From assembly GCA_965219415.1 (NCBI GenBank), contig CBDCNP010000002.1, positions 1,408,001 through 1,472,000 of the forward strand: DNA of 64,000 nucleotides, given 5' to 3'. The notes beneath the pieces were generated by a model, which was not told the DNA's origin, made no database searches, and was given only the letters and a program-made list of their open reading frames with translations. Origin of the DNA: Candidatus Marinacidobacterales bacterium. Lineage in GTDB: Bacteria > Acidobacteriota > Vicinamibacteria > Marinacidobacterales > DATDRI01. Positions 44,272 to 55,004 of the stretch are shown here, piece by piece; position 1 is the stretch's first letter, and every line of letters starts with the position of its first letter. Position numbers and translations under genes: made by a program.

Positions 44272-44359
44272 TTTCGGAGAGGGTATCAAGCGTCGACAAG
44301 AAAGTGCAAGACGGGGCGACGAAGACCGAACACAACCAACCGCATCGCCAAACTGCGTC

Positions 44360-45525
44360 GAGCCATCCATTCCCGTTCAGCCACGGTTCCCTTTCCGCTT
44401 CCGCGCTCAAGAGACGCTAGAGATGAACTCCGATATCCTGCTGGCTCTCTCCGTCCAGGAGTGTTTTTTGACGTCGATAAACGCTTGATCGGCAAGCGAC
44501 TGGCCAGCTTCCGGCCCGCCCCGGGAGGTTTCGAATCGAGCGGGTGCCGGTTCGCTTCAACGGAAACCCTGTACGCGTGGAGCTCCTAACCGAGGACCCC
44601 GCCCCCGAAAAGCTTGGAATTGCAGTCGACCGGATACGGCTCGAAGGAACGAGGGCTAGACTCCCGCTCGATTTCTGGGCACCGCGGGTTGCTCGTCGTC
44701 GGCCTCTTCCTAGTTTGCCTTCTTTCCGGCCTTCGCCTGTCACATTCTTTCGCAGCCGCCTTCATTCTCTCCGCTATTCAGGCTACTTGGTTCGCGATGG
44801 ATCCCTTTGGGGTGGCGCACGTGAGCGACAAAATCGCATCGCGCGCGGTGTTGCTGGGCGGAATCACCATCGTCCTCGGCCGGTTCATCTCCGAGGCCGA
44901 GGACCGACGTTGGCTTCCGCTGTTGTTCATGGTCGGCTATCTGCTGAAAGGCGCAGCCATTTTCTACCCCAGCTTCTTCTCCCCCGATGTGTTGACACAC
45001 GGACGATACGTCCTAGCTTTCCCGTCTGATGGAGACAGCCTCGAGGCACGGGGCGTGGTGGCCCAAGAGAAAAGCAACATCGCCTACCCGCGCAGCGTGG
45101 GAGGCAAACGCTACGCGTTTCCCTACTCGCCGCTTTTCTATCTTCCCTTCACCGGGCTCAGCGACCGTGCGGAGGTCGACGAGGCGCTCAAATACGCGGC
45201 TCTCGCCGCGGCGGGAATGATCCTCGTATATCGACGGGGCGAGCCCGCCGTCTTCCGTCCTATGCTCGCCTATTCCCTGACCTTTGCTCTCCTGCTGAGC
45301 TTGAGGGGCTTGTCGGGCGGCCTCTTCAAAGACTTGAAGGAGATACTCTTCGTGGGTCCCCTGATCGCGATCGCCGCGAGTGCCAGCATCCTCGAAATTG
45401 CGAAACGAAGTCGAACCGGCCAGATCGCCGCGGTGTTGATCATGTCCGGGTTGATGATCTTCTGGGCGGCAGCCTATCGCGCCGACCTCCAGACTTTTTG
45501 TTCGCTGGCCGGTCTCTCGCGCTAA
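44360..45525 (+). pseudogene. Degenerate or fragmented GT-C-like membrane protein
   Basis: KLGIAVDRIRL, PSFFSPD..H and FPYSPLFY segments lie in different frames; much of the central TM region seems missing. Confidence 0.5.
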
Positions 45526-47219
45526 CGACGATCGTGCCGATATTGAAAGACTCGAATCCAACGTCCTTGCTGCCAAACCAAAGAGAAGGCCCGACTTTCT
45601 TCGAAGAACGTGTGGTTCACTTGTAGCGGCCCGTCCTTGTCGAGGCGCCCCGCTGCCAGGTGCGTCAGACTCCACCGAGACGCGGCGCCGCGAATTCTGG
45701 CCGGATCTTCTGATTCGGCGAACCAGGACTCGGCTTGCCGACGGTCGTCTAGATCCGACGGAAGCGTCGCGGCACGTTCGACCAGCAGGACTCGCCTTCC
45801 GCTCAAAGCCGGTATCCACGATGAGTAGCTGGGTCCGGCAACGAAAACGGCATCGGGCTCGGTTTCCGCTTCGATCCAGGAAACCAGGGGACGGAACTGC
45901 GGGGCGACCGGCTCCACACTCCGAACATAGACTGGATCCATCAGTATCGGATGCCACCAGTAAGGGAAGGCCCATGGCAACGAGAAAACCGCCACCGCAG
46001 TCAATCCCAAGGCGTGAAGCGAAACGTTTTTGAGATACCTCGTGCCGATCGGGGCTCCCCCGAGGCTTTGCTCCAGCCACTCCACTAGGCCCCAAGCCCC
46101 TCGCCCCGCCGCAATCGCCAGCAAGAAATTCAGCAACGCGCCAAGCGTCTGGATGTCGGTCCATGAAGCCACGCTCGGCGACAGAAACGATAGAGATGCA
46201 AGGACGAACACCGTTCCAACCTGACTCACGAACAGGACTTCAGTAGCCCTGCCGCCACGCACCATACGGACCAGCGCGAACACCGCGAGATAGATGACGA
46301 GGCCTTTATCTACGGTAAGGCCGAGAAGGCGATCGAACGCGAAATACAAGGCGCCCGTCTCGACGGGAGCGCCGGCTGGTTCGAGGCCACCTGTCCATGG
46401 AAGAAACAAAAGGGCTCCAACCGCCAGACTTACCCCCGTCTTCCAGGCTGCAGTCGAAAACCCGAGGCTAACCACCACCCACACCATCGCCGAGAAAAAC
46501 GCGGGTGCTGCGACGCGTGGCTCCATCCATGCGATCAATCCAAGCAAGACTCCTGCTCCGACAAAGGACGGAATCCGACGAGCTCCCCCGAGCAGCTTGA
46601 ACCATATGACGAGCAGTCCCAGAACAAAAGCCAAGTGCGGCCGCTGGCCAAAGACGTCGAGCCAAAATGGCCCGAGAGTTTCAAGGAAGCCCAACCGTGT
46701 CGAGCTAAGGAATAGAACGAAGAATACCGCAAGCCCTCTCGCCAACCCGGTCGATGCCTCGTCGTCGAACGCACTCGTGAACCAGAAGACGGCCGTAGCG
46801 AGGAAGATCATCCCCACCAGGGGAATGAGATCGTAGAGAGAAAAGAGCCGCCCGGGATCGAAGCCCGAAGCAAAGGCCAGGACAAGGCTCCAAAGTGGTT
46901 GCGGGTTCGGCTGATTGACCATCCATCCATCTGCGGCCGTCCCTCGAGCGGCGGTTACCATCGGCTGCGCTAGGGCGGAAAGCCCCGACTCACCTTCGAC
47001 GACGGCGTAAGGGCGCCCCAGGGGGAGCTCAAAGACGGCCCAGGCAAACCCAGCCAGCAAGAGCGAACCGCAGAACAGCCACCATCGATTCGGCCATCGG
47101 AGAATACCAAGCGCCCAGCAAAGGAAAGCAACGGTGAAAATGTACTTGAAGGCAACGAAATAGCTGGCAAAGGTCATCGCCGGACCGCCGGGCCAGAGTG
47201 TTACCAGCTCTTTCAACAT
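45522..47219 (-). CDS. GT-C-like polytopic membrane protein
   Basis: About 13 TM segments and a periplasmic C-terminal domain, FPYWWHP..MDP...WIE.ET...WIPALSGRRVL. Confidence 0.65.
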   Translation of the reverse strand: MLKELVTLWPGGPAMTFASYFVAFKYIFTVAFLCWALGILRWPNRWWLFCGSLLLAGFAWAVFELPLGRPYAVVEGESGLSALAQPMVTAARGTAADGWMVNQPNPQPLWSLVLAFASGFDPGRLFSLYDLIPLVGMIFLATAVFWFTSAFDDEASTGLARGLAVFFVLFLSSTRLGFLETLGPFWLDVFGQRPHLAFVLGLLVIWFKLLGGARRIPSFVGAGVLLGLIAWMEPRVAAPAFFSAMVWVVVSLGFSTAAWKTGVSLAVGALLFLPWTGGLEPAGAPVETGALYFAFDRLLGLTVDKGLVIYLAVFALVRMVRGGRATEVLFVSQVGTVFVLASLSFLSPSVASWTDIQTLGALLNFLLAIAAGRGAWGLVEWLEQSLGGAPIGTRYLKNVSLHALGLTAVAVFSLPWAFPYWWHPILMDPVYVRSVEPVAPQFRPLVSWIEAETEPDAVFVAGPSYSSWIPALSGRRVLLVERAATLPSDLDDRRQAESWFAESEDPARIRGAASRWSLTHLAAGRLDKDGPLQVNHTFFEESRAFSLVWQQGRWIRVFQYRHDRR

Positions 47220-47285
47220 TCGAAGGGCGAGTATAGCCCAGGGAAAGCGGAGCCCAGGGGATCCCCCTTCGGTCCAACAAAAGCT

Positions 47286-49477
47286 TCAGCGATGATCGGG
47301 AAGGGTCTCGAAGATTGGGATCTCGGGGATGCGCCACACCGGTTCGACATCCGTCGGATCTCCCTCGCGTATGAAGAGCCGTATTCCTTCCAATAGTCGG
47401 GGCTCGGGCAGCACAACATCCATCGTCGCTTTCTTAGGGTCCTCAACCAGACGACGTACCAGCCGAGCGTTTTGCCAAGGATCTTCTTCGAGCTCGAGAC
47501 GCCTCCACCGATGTGACCGGTGAAAACCATTGACCGCGAGCGATCTCGGAAAATGCCCGTACGGAAAACTGAATCCTAGCGAGATCTTGGAAACTCGGTA
47601 CTCTTCGCCGAGATCGATCTGGAAGAACTGCCCCTTCTCCTGCCCCTTGCCGCTGCTCCAGCTCGTTTCCAAACTGCCGTCCACCGCCAGGCGCGCATTT
47701 GATGGTGAGGACGTCTTGAATTCCCACGCCTCCCGGGGTATCGCCCGGAGACGACCCTCGGAGGGTCGGTGGGGCTCGGAAGCGGGGAGCACGCGGAACA
47801 CCATCTCTTCGCCATAACGTAGCCGCCTCGCGGCGCGCCTCGCTCGAGGAAACTGACGAACGAACTCGAAATTCGGATCCCGCCGGAGTCGCCGTTCAAT
47901 CCTGGCGGCGTCGGGACCGCGACGCGGATGATAGATGATGTAGCGAACCCCCAACGACTGCAGAATGCGCGTGCCTTCGATGGAAGGAAAATCGCGCCAG
48001 GTCCAAAGCATGTACTCCATGGCGGGTGGTTTGAAACTGGGCTTCCCGAACGGAACAGGTTTCCAGTGAACCGTGGAGAAGTACGTCTCGTAGCCGTAGA
48101 AACGTGAAAACCTTCGGTTGTACACCGGGAACTCGACCACCGGGAAATCCTCCGGAAGCCCGGCCAGCCACTGGTAGACGGCAGGGATTTCGTCCCCGGT
48201 GGGGACCCGCGCATACACGTTGCGTCGCGCATGCTCCAATGGAATCAGAGCCAGGAGTACTACCAGCAGAGCAGTCTTTCTCCAGGCCGGGCGGGCCAGT
48301 CGTTGTGAAAGCACCGAAGCTCCCGCACCGGCGAGCAATGCGAGGCCGAATGTGAAATAGACAGATAGCCGTTCCGGAACCCGCGTGTATTGGAAAAACG
48401 GAATGTAGTCGAAGAGTAGGCGGAATGGACCGGGCCCGAGATTTCGTCCCATGAATTTCATCTCCGCCCCAGCGGAAAGAATCAAAAAGAAAGCCCCACA
48501 AACCGCGGTCCAGGCAACCAAGCATCGGTAGCTATGAGATTCGGGCTCGTTGCTCTTTCTCAAGACGAAGGCGACCCCCAGGCCTGCCAGCGCGAGCGTC
48601 AAGTATCCGATGAAATGATGGTTGCCCGGCAAATCTGCAAACATCCCCTCGGTGAGCCGGCCATAGAGAAAACTATTCGGCGGTGGTAAGAGATGGTAGG
48701 CCAGGTCCGGGCCTTGGGACAGTGGGCGCTCGAACCCGTAATGGTGAAATGTCTTCAAGTATGGAAGCTCCACGGGAACCAAGAACAGACAGCCGACGAT
48801 CAGAGGTACTGCGAGCCGGAATCCGTCTCGAAGGCTTCGTCGATCCGGAAACAGATAGATGTAGCCCGCAACCACTGGAGCGAGAAAAAGAGGAAACGAA
48901 ATGAGGTAGTACTGACACGAGAGCCCCAGCAAGACGAAACAAGCGGCAAAAGCGGTGGCATCCAACCAGCGTCCTCTCTTAAAAACGCGGTGAAGAAAGA
49001 AGAGACTTAAGGGAATCCACTGCATCGACAATATCTGGACGCGGGAAACTTGAAGAAGCGTAAACGTACTGAGCGCGCAAACGACCCCCGCCACCGCCGC
49101 CCCGTTTCGCCGACTCCGATCTCTCGGGCCCACAACCTGACGAAAAGCGCGATCATGATCAGCGTGAGCGCCAACACCAAGTTGTTCGCTAGTATGAGAT
49201 TTGCTCCCAGCTTCATCAAGAGTGCGACCGCTAGCCCCTGAGGAATCAAATGCTCCGAGTAGACCAGGCCGGTGGGATGCGGGTAGTAGAAGTTGCTATC
49301 GAAAATTTCTAAAGGAGCCTTCGGGAACTGGTGAGCCACCCACGCCTGCACGTAAAGTCCCTGGAGCGCGTCGCCATCATCGGAAAGGTACGTCGTCGGA
49401 TTGACGGAGAGGGGAAAGAAAAGCAGGAAAATACACAAGCACACCCAAAACACGTAGAGGACGGTGCGGTGAGAAGG
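47286..49477 (-). CDS. GT-C/YfhO-like membrane protein with a C-terminal discoidin domain; 5' end abuts IS256; frameshift near 49100
   Basis: GDALQ..Y..AW..H, FDSNFYYP...YSEH, RVPER, VVEFP and STVHW; C-terminal AVDG...W.S...QIDLG. Confidence 0.75.
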
Positions 49478-50499
49478 GAGTCAAGCCCATTCTTAGTTGA
49501 AACTCTCCACGGCTCACGTTTAAGCGACCTTCTTCTTCGATACGGTTGATGTCTTCGCCTCGATCTTCAGTTCCCGCTTGAGAGCTTCGCGAAGCTTGGG
49601 AAGATGGCGGTAGCCCACCACCTTCCTCAAGCGCGGTTCGATGTCTACGAGCGCCGTTGCCAACCAGCGCTGGCGTTGGCTCGAGTTCTTCCAGTGGTCG
49701 ACCTTCGCGCAGCGTTCCTCGACGAGAGCATTGACGGACTCAAGGCAGTTCGTCGTCTTGAACGAACGGCCCAGCACCGTGTGCACGCCGAGTCGATGCA
49801 ACGTCAGCGTCTCCTCAAGGCCTTCCTCCAGGCTGCCAGCTGCGGATTGGTTCCGCTCTTCTAACTCACCGTGGAGTTGCTCGAGCGCAGTGAGGGCCTC
49901 TTCGTACTCCGGCCTGTTGTAGGCCCACTGGAGCCGCTTGCGCCATGACGCCTGCTCGCCCTTGGACAGGTAGCTCACTACGTTTTCACGTTTGTGCCAC
50001 TGGCAGCGTTGTATCAGGGCCCGCTTACGGAATGCCTTCTTTGACTGCCGCTTGGAGACCCTTGCCGCCGTCGATGATCACCAGCAGACCTTGGGAGATA
50101 TCGAGTCCCCGCTCGAGCAGTGAACGCAGGAACGGCGTCAACACCTGCGCGTTCTCCGTGTCCGTCTCCACGAAGCCCAAGAAGCGTTTTTCCCCGCAAA
50201 GCGTGATGCCCAGAGCCACGACCATCGTTGCCTCGGCGAATGTCTTCCCATCCAGAAACAGCGCCACCACATCCTCGCCGGTCAGATCCCGTTCCTGCAT
50301 CTCCCGCAGCTTCGCAACGCTCGCTTGCACGAACCCTCGGGACACCGTTGAGCTCGACAGCCCGATGGCGCCCGGAATCGCTTCCGCTGCCGCCTCGTGG
50401 TTGCGACAAGAGATTCCGTAGAGAACTCGTTTCAGCAGAAGATCATTCACCTCACCGCCGTGGCTCACCGCCTCGTAGCAGCGAAGCGGAATCTCTCCT
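49478..50499 (-). mobile_element. IS256-family element, second copy, truncated
   Basis: Near-identical to 32055-33077 from the IR GAGTCAAGCCC to ATCTCTCCT, then identity ends abruptly; no TSD. Confidence 0.92.
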
Positions 50500-50587
50500 A
50501 GCACAATTGTTTCCGGTGAAGTGAAGATCTCGATTGGTACAGCGTCTCCCCGTGTGAATTTGGTGACGACAGCCGCACCCATCCAGA

Positions 50588-51738
50588 GTGAAGGGGAGCC
50601 CCGTGAACTCCAAGCCTGACTATGATTCCGTTGTCGTGGGGGGCGGCTTCTACGGGTGCGTTCTAGCCCAACACCTTCGACATGCCCTCGGACACCGCAC
50701 CCTCCTTGTGGAGGCGAGCAGCCTACTTCTCGCCCGGGCGTCTTACGTCAATCAAGCCCGCGTGCACCACGGATATCACTACCCGCGGAGCCTATTGACC
50801 GGCTACCGCTCTCGTGTGACCTTCGAACGATTCATTGGAGACTATCGAGACTGCATCGATGATCGTTTCACTAGCTACTACGCCATCGGGCGGTTGTTCT
50901 CGAAGGTCACCGCTGCGCAGTTCAAGCTCTTCTGCCAACGCATCGGGGCGCCGATTGATACCGCCCCAGTAGAAATCCGGGGATTGTTCAACCCCAATCT
51001 GATCGAGGACGTTTTCGAAGTCCGCGAAGTGGCCTTCGACGCGGTGAAGCTCCGAACGCGTTTGACCGACCAGCTGAACGCGAGTGGCGTGGAGGTCCGG
51101 TTAGGAACCGCGGCCGAGCGCGTTGAGCAGCTTCCCAACAGTTGTCTGGCACTTAGCTTGTCTTCGGGTGGAACCATTTCGAGGGCAACGTCTGCACAAG
51201 TCTTCAACTGCACCTATTCCAGAATGAACCGTCTCCTTGCCACGTCGGCGTTGCCTCCGCTTGCGCTCAAATACGAGCTGACAGAACTGGCCTTGGTCGA
51301 AGTTCCCGAACCGTTGCGCGAAGTGGGAATCACCGTCATGCGTGGCCCCTTTTTTTCGGTCATCCCTTTTCCGCCACGCGAACTGCATTCGTTCAGCCAC
51401 GTTCGCTATACGCCGCACTGCGAGTGGCACGACGGTCCCGATAAGTTCGATGGAGATCCCTACCATCTGTTCGAGCGAATGAAGAAAGAAACCCACTACG
51501 TCGAGATGGTGAAAGACGCTAGCCATACTTGCCGCTTCTCGAGGAGTCTCGCTATGTCGACTCGATTTGGGAGCTCAAAACGGTCTTGCCGCGCAGCGAG
51601 ATCGACGACAGCCGGCCGATTCTGTTCAAGGAAAATTACGGGTTGAAGGGCTTGACGTGCATCATGGGCTCCAAGATCGACAACGTCTACGATATGATCG
51701 ACTTCACCAATGGCACGATCGCTGCGGGGAAAGAATAG
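50588..51738 (+). CDS. FAD-dependent oxidoreductase (glycan-locus type), frameshift near 51525
   Basis: VVGGGFYG, RASYVNQARVHHGYHYPRS, GPFFS, DDSRPILF and GSKIDNVYD. Confidence 0.85.
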
Positions 51739-51741
51739 CTG

Positions 51742-52179
51742 ATGATCGATCCGGACTGCGTCATCTCGGTAATCGCTCCCCTGCATAACGATTCCGACAT
51801 CATCGACTCTTTCGTTGGCGAGTTGGCAGATTCTCTCAAAAACCATTTCGCCGTTTACGAGATGGTGTTGGTGGATGATGGGTCGACCGACGAGACGGTG
51901 GCCAAAGTCAACGCCCTGCTATTGAGATATCAACGGATCCGCCTCATCCGACTCTCTCGAGGATTCGGCCAGGAGATCGCGATCTCGGCCGGCCTCGATT
52001 CCGTGATCGGTGACTTCGTCGTGGTGATGCTTCCCGACTCCGACTCGCCGAGCCTGGTACCAGGGATGGTCAACCGGGCACGGAGTGGGGCGGAGATGGT
52101 CTTCGGGGTCCGAAAGTCGCGCGCTAGCGATCCTGAAAGCTCTTGGCGAGTTCGTTTCGAACCGCGGGCCCGGTACTAG
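51742..52179 (+). pseudogene. GT2 polyprenol-phosphate glycosyltransferase (GtrB/ArnC-like), C-terminally truncated
   Basis: LVDDGSTD, LSRGFGQEIAISAGLD..IGD and FGVR; the TM C-terminus is absent. Confidence 0.8.
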
Positions 52180-52190
52180 ATGAACGCGAG

Positions 52191-53015
52191 ATGAACGCGA
52201 TCAACCTCTGCATCTCCAACATCGCCTGGGCGAGCGAAGACGAGCCCTTGGCCGCGGAAATTCTCGCCGAGTCCGGCCTTACCCGCGTGGAAGTCGCTCC
52301 CACTAAGATTTGGGACGAGCCCCTTCGTGCTGCCGACGACGATCTCGAACGGTGTCGCGAGTTCTGGAGTGAGCGAGGGATCTCGATCGTCGCTTTGCAA
52401 GCGCTATTGTTCGGGCGGCCCGACCTCACGATTTTCGAAAGTGCCGAGACTCGCGCCGATACGCTCGAGTACCTACGGGGCATCGCGCGGTTGGGGAGCA
52501 GGCTCGGAGCGAGAGTGCTCGTCTTCGGCTCTCCCAAGAACCGCCAGGTAAGTGGCCGCCCCGCGCAAGAGGTGGACGACATCGCAGTATCCTTTTTTAG
52601 GGCGGCGGGTGAGTCGGCGCGAGAAGAAGGCGTGGTCTTGTGCATCGAGCCCAACCCGCGGGAATACGGTTGCGACTTCGTAACCACTTCGGCCGAGGGT
52701 CTGGAGCTGGTGAGGAAAGTAGACAACGCGGGTTTCGGGCTTCACCTCGACGCGGCGGCCATGACTCTCAGTGGCGAGTCGCTTGAGCCCGCCTTGACGA
52801 ACGCCGCAGGAGCGTTTTGTCACTTCCACGCCAGCGAGCCGAACCTTGGGCCGCTCGGCAAGGGCGGGGTCGATCATAAAACCCTGGCGTCGCTACTCAG
52901 TCGGATCGAATACTCCGAGTGCGTCTCCGTTGAGATGAGGCACGATCCGGACGCTGAGGCCAGTGCCGAGTTGCGGCGCGTCTTGACCTACCTCAAGGAG
53001 ACCTACGCCGGCTAG
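52191..53015 (+). CDS. Sugar phosphate isomerase/epimerase (TIM barrel)
   Basis: ISNIAW, EVAPT, QALLFG, VFGSPKNR, CIEPNP, LHLD, HFHASE and SVEM. Confidence 0.88.
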   Translation: MNAINLCISNIAWASEDEPLAAEILAESGLTRVEVAPTKIWDEPLRAADDDLERCREFWSERGISIVALQALLFGRPDLTIFESAETRADTLEYLRGIARLGSRLGARVLVFGSPKNRQVSGRPAQEVDDIAVSFFRAAGESAREEGVVLCIEPNPREYGCDFVTTSAEGLELVRKVDNAGFGLHLDAAAMTLSGESLEPALTNAAGAFCHFHASEPNLGPLGKGGVDHKTLASLLSRIEYSECVSVEMRHDPDAEASAELRRVLTYLKETYAG

Positions 53016-53043
53016 GCTAACCTGGAGTCGAATCGCTCGACTT

Positions 53044-54897
53044 TCAGTTCTCGACGTACCCGAGTGCCTTCAATCTCTCCCGCAGAAGCTCGTCCACCAC
53101 CACCTCCTGCCCGCGCCTGGTGGACCGCAGCTGCCTCGCTTCAGCCAAGTAGGACTGAAGGTCTCTCCGAAACGAACGCAGCGCGGAGGGTTCTTGCTCT
53201 GACACCAGGTTCAGCGTTTCCCCGGGATCGCTTCCGCAGGTCGTAGAGCTCCTCCTCGCGTACTCCATCGACGTCGAGTTCTGCTAGCGCCGGCCCTTAG
53301 AGCGTCGCAACGTACTTGAACTGCTCGTTGCGGAACGCCACCTTGAACAAAGCCGGCCGGGTCACCAGTGCCTTCCAAGAGACTTCGCTGACGACGGAAC
53401 GGCTGGTATCGGGCCGGGTCACGTATCGCCTCAGGTCCCTCGCCCACGCCGTCTCTGAATCCAATCCGACCGCCCCCAACACGGTCGGGAAAACATCCAC
53501 CTGGCTGACCAGGCTCGCGACTCTGCCGGTTGGCGATTCCGCCGGCCATTTGACGATGAGCGGCACGCGAACCATCTCTTCGTAGAGGGTTTGGGTGTGT
53601 TTCCAATAACCGTGTTCGTAGAAGGCCTCTCCATGATCGGCGGTGAGGATAATCAGGGACGAGTCGTACAGTCCCTCCGCCCTCATCTTGTCGAAGAAGC
53701 GTCCCAGTTCACGATCCACGTAGGCAATCTCACCATCGTAGAGGTTCACCGCCTGGTCGATTTGCGCCTGGCCGCTAGGTGGTACATCGTTCAGGATTTG
53801 TTTCAACAGATCCGAGATGTCGGGAGGTCGTTCTCCGAATCGCTGTCGAAACTCTTCCGGAGGAGCGTAGGGCCAGTGGGCGTCGATGAGATGCAGGAAG
53901 AGAAAGTGGCTTTGCCCGTCTCCTTTCCCCAAGAGATCGATCGCCGCATCCACGGTGTGCGACGCCCCAGGATTGAAATAAAACCGGTAGCTGTGAAATC
54001 CCCGATCGAATCCATATTCTTGGGAAAGCGTCGGCACCGAAACCAAACCGTCCACCCGATAGCCGGACTCGGCTAGTAGAACCGGCAGATAAGGGACCGA
54101 ATCGTGGAGCATGCTCGTCTTGGTGGCTCCGTGAATAGAGGGAGGAAGACCGGTAAGCATCGACATGTGGGTGGGAAGCGTCCAAGACGACGTGCTTACC
54201 GCGGCCTCGAAAACGACGCCGTCCTTCGCCAAGGCATCGATGCTTGGGGTCGTGTCGCGGGAGTAACCGTAGATCCCGAGATGATCGGAGCGCAGACAGT
54301 CGATGGATATCAAAATGACGTTGGGACGCTCCGACCGCTCACTCCGACTCGAAAGAACCGGCTTGCCCCAAAGCGCGAGTGCTGGACGCTCTCCCGACGA
54401 CTCGCCCGTTTCCCCCTTGCGTTTCGTTTCGAAAATCAGTCGCACCTTCTCGCCCTGCCATCGCGATAGCTCCACTTCGTGATCGAGCCACAGGTTGGGC
54501 CGGGCTCGCCCTACGACACCTGCAAAAACTTCCTCCTGGTTGCCACCCGCGTCGAGCTGCAGATTGAACTCCACTGCCGCCGCCAGGCCAGGCTCGCCGA
54601 ACGTGAAAACGCCGATAGCAAATCGCAGCACCGGATCGACCGGAACCTCGACATCGAACTCGAGGCGGGAAGGAATCGGGGGCACCAGGCTTCGGCGCGT
54701 CTCGTCGGCCATGGTAATCGACGTGGACAGCTGCGTGCTTCTACGCAGTGACAGCTCCCGCCCCACGTTTTCCGTGTGGTCCACGAAAAAGTACCGTGAG
54801 GGGCTCGGAGGCTCGCGCTCCCCACAGCTACTCCCAAGTAGGAGCGCCATGGCCGCGGCGCAAGCAAGCCATCGGATGGCGACCGGCTCGTTCATCA
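53044..54897 (-). CDS. Sulfatase-fold lipoprotein, Thr type, paralog 5 (frameshift near 53297)
   Basis: GSSC lipobox and the shared N-terminal domain; SIDCLRSDH, SWTLPTH, TADHGE and RLKALGY. Confidence 0.87.
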
Positions 54898-55004
54898 TGT
54901 GACGGGCGAGTATAACGCACGGCCTCGACGGTCCAGCAGTCCTGAACAACTGTTGACTTCGCATTGCCGTAAGGGCACGCTAGGAGGCCGCCGAGGAATC
55001 TTCT

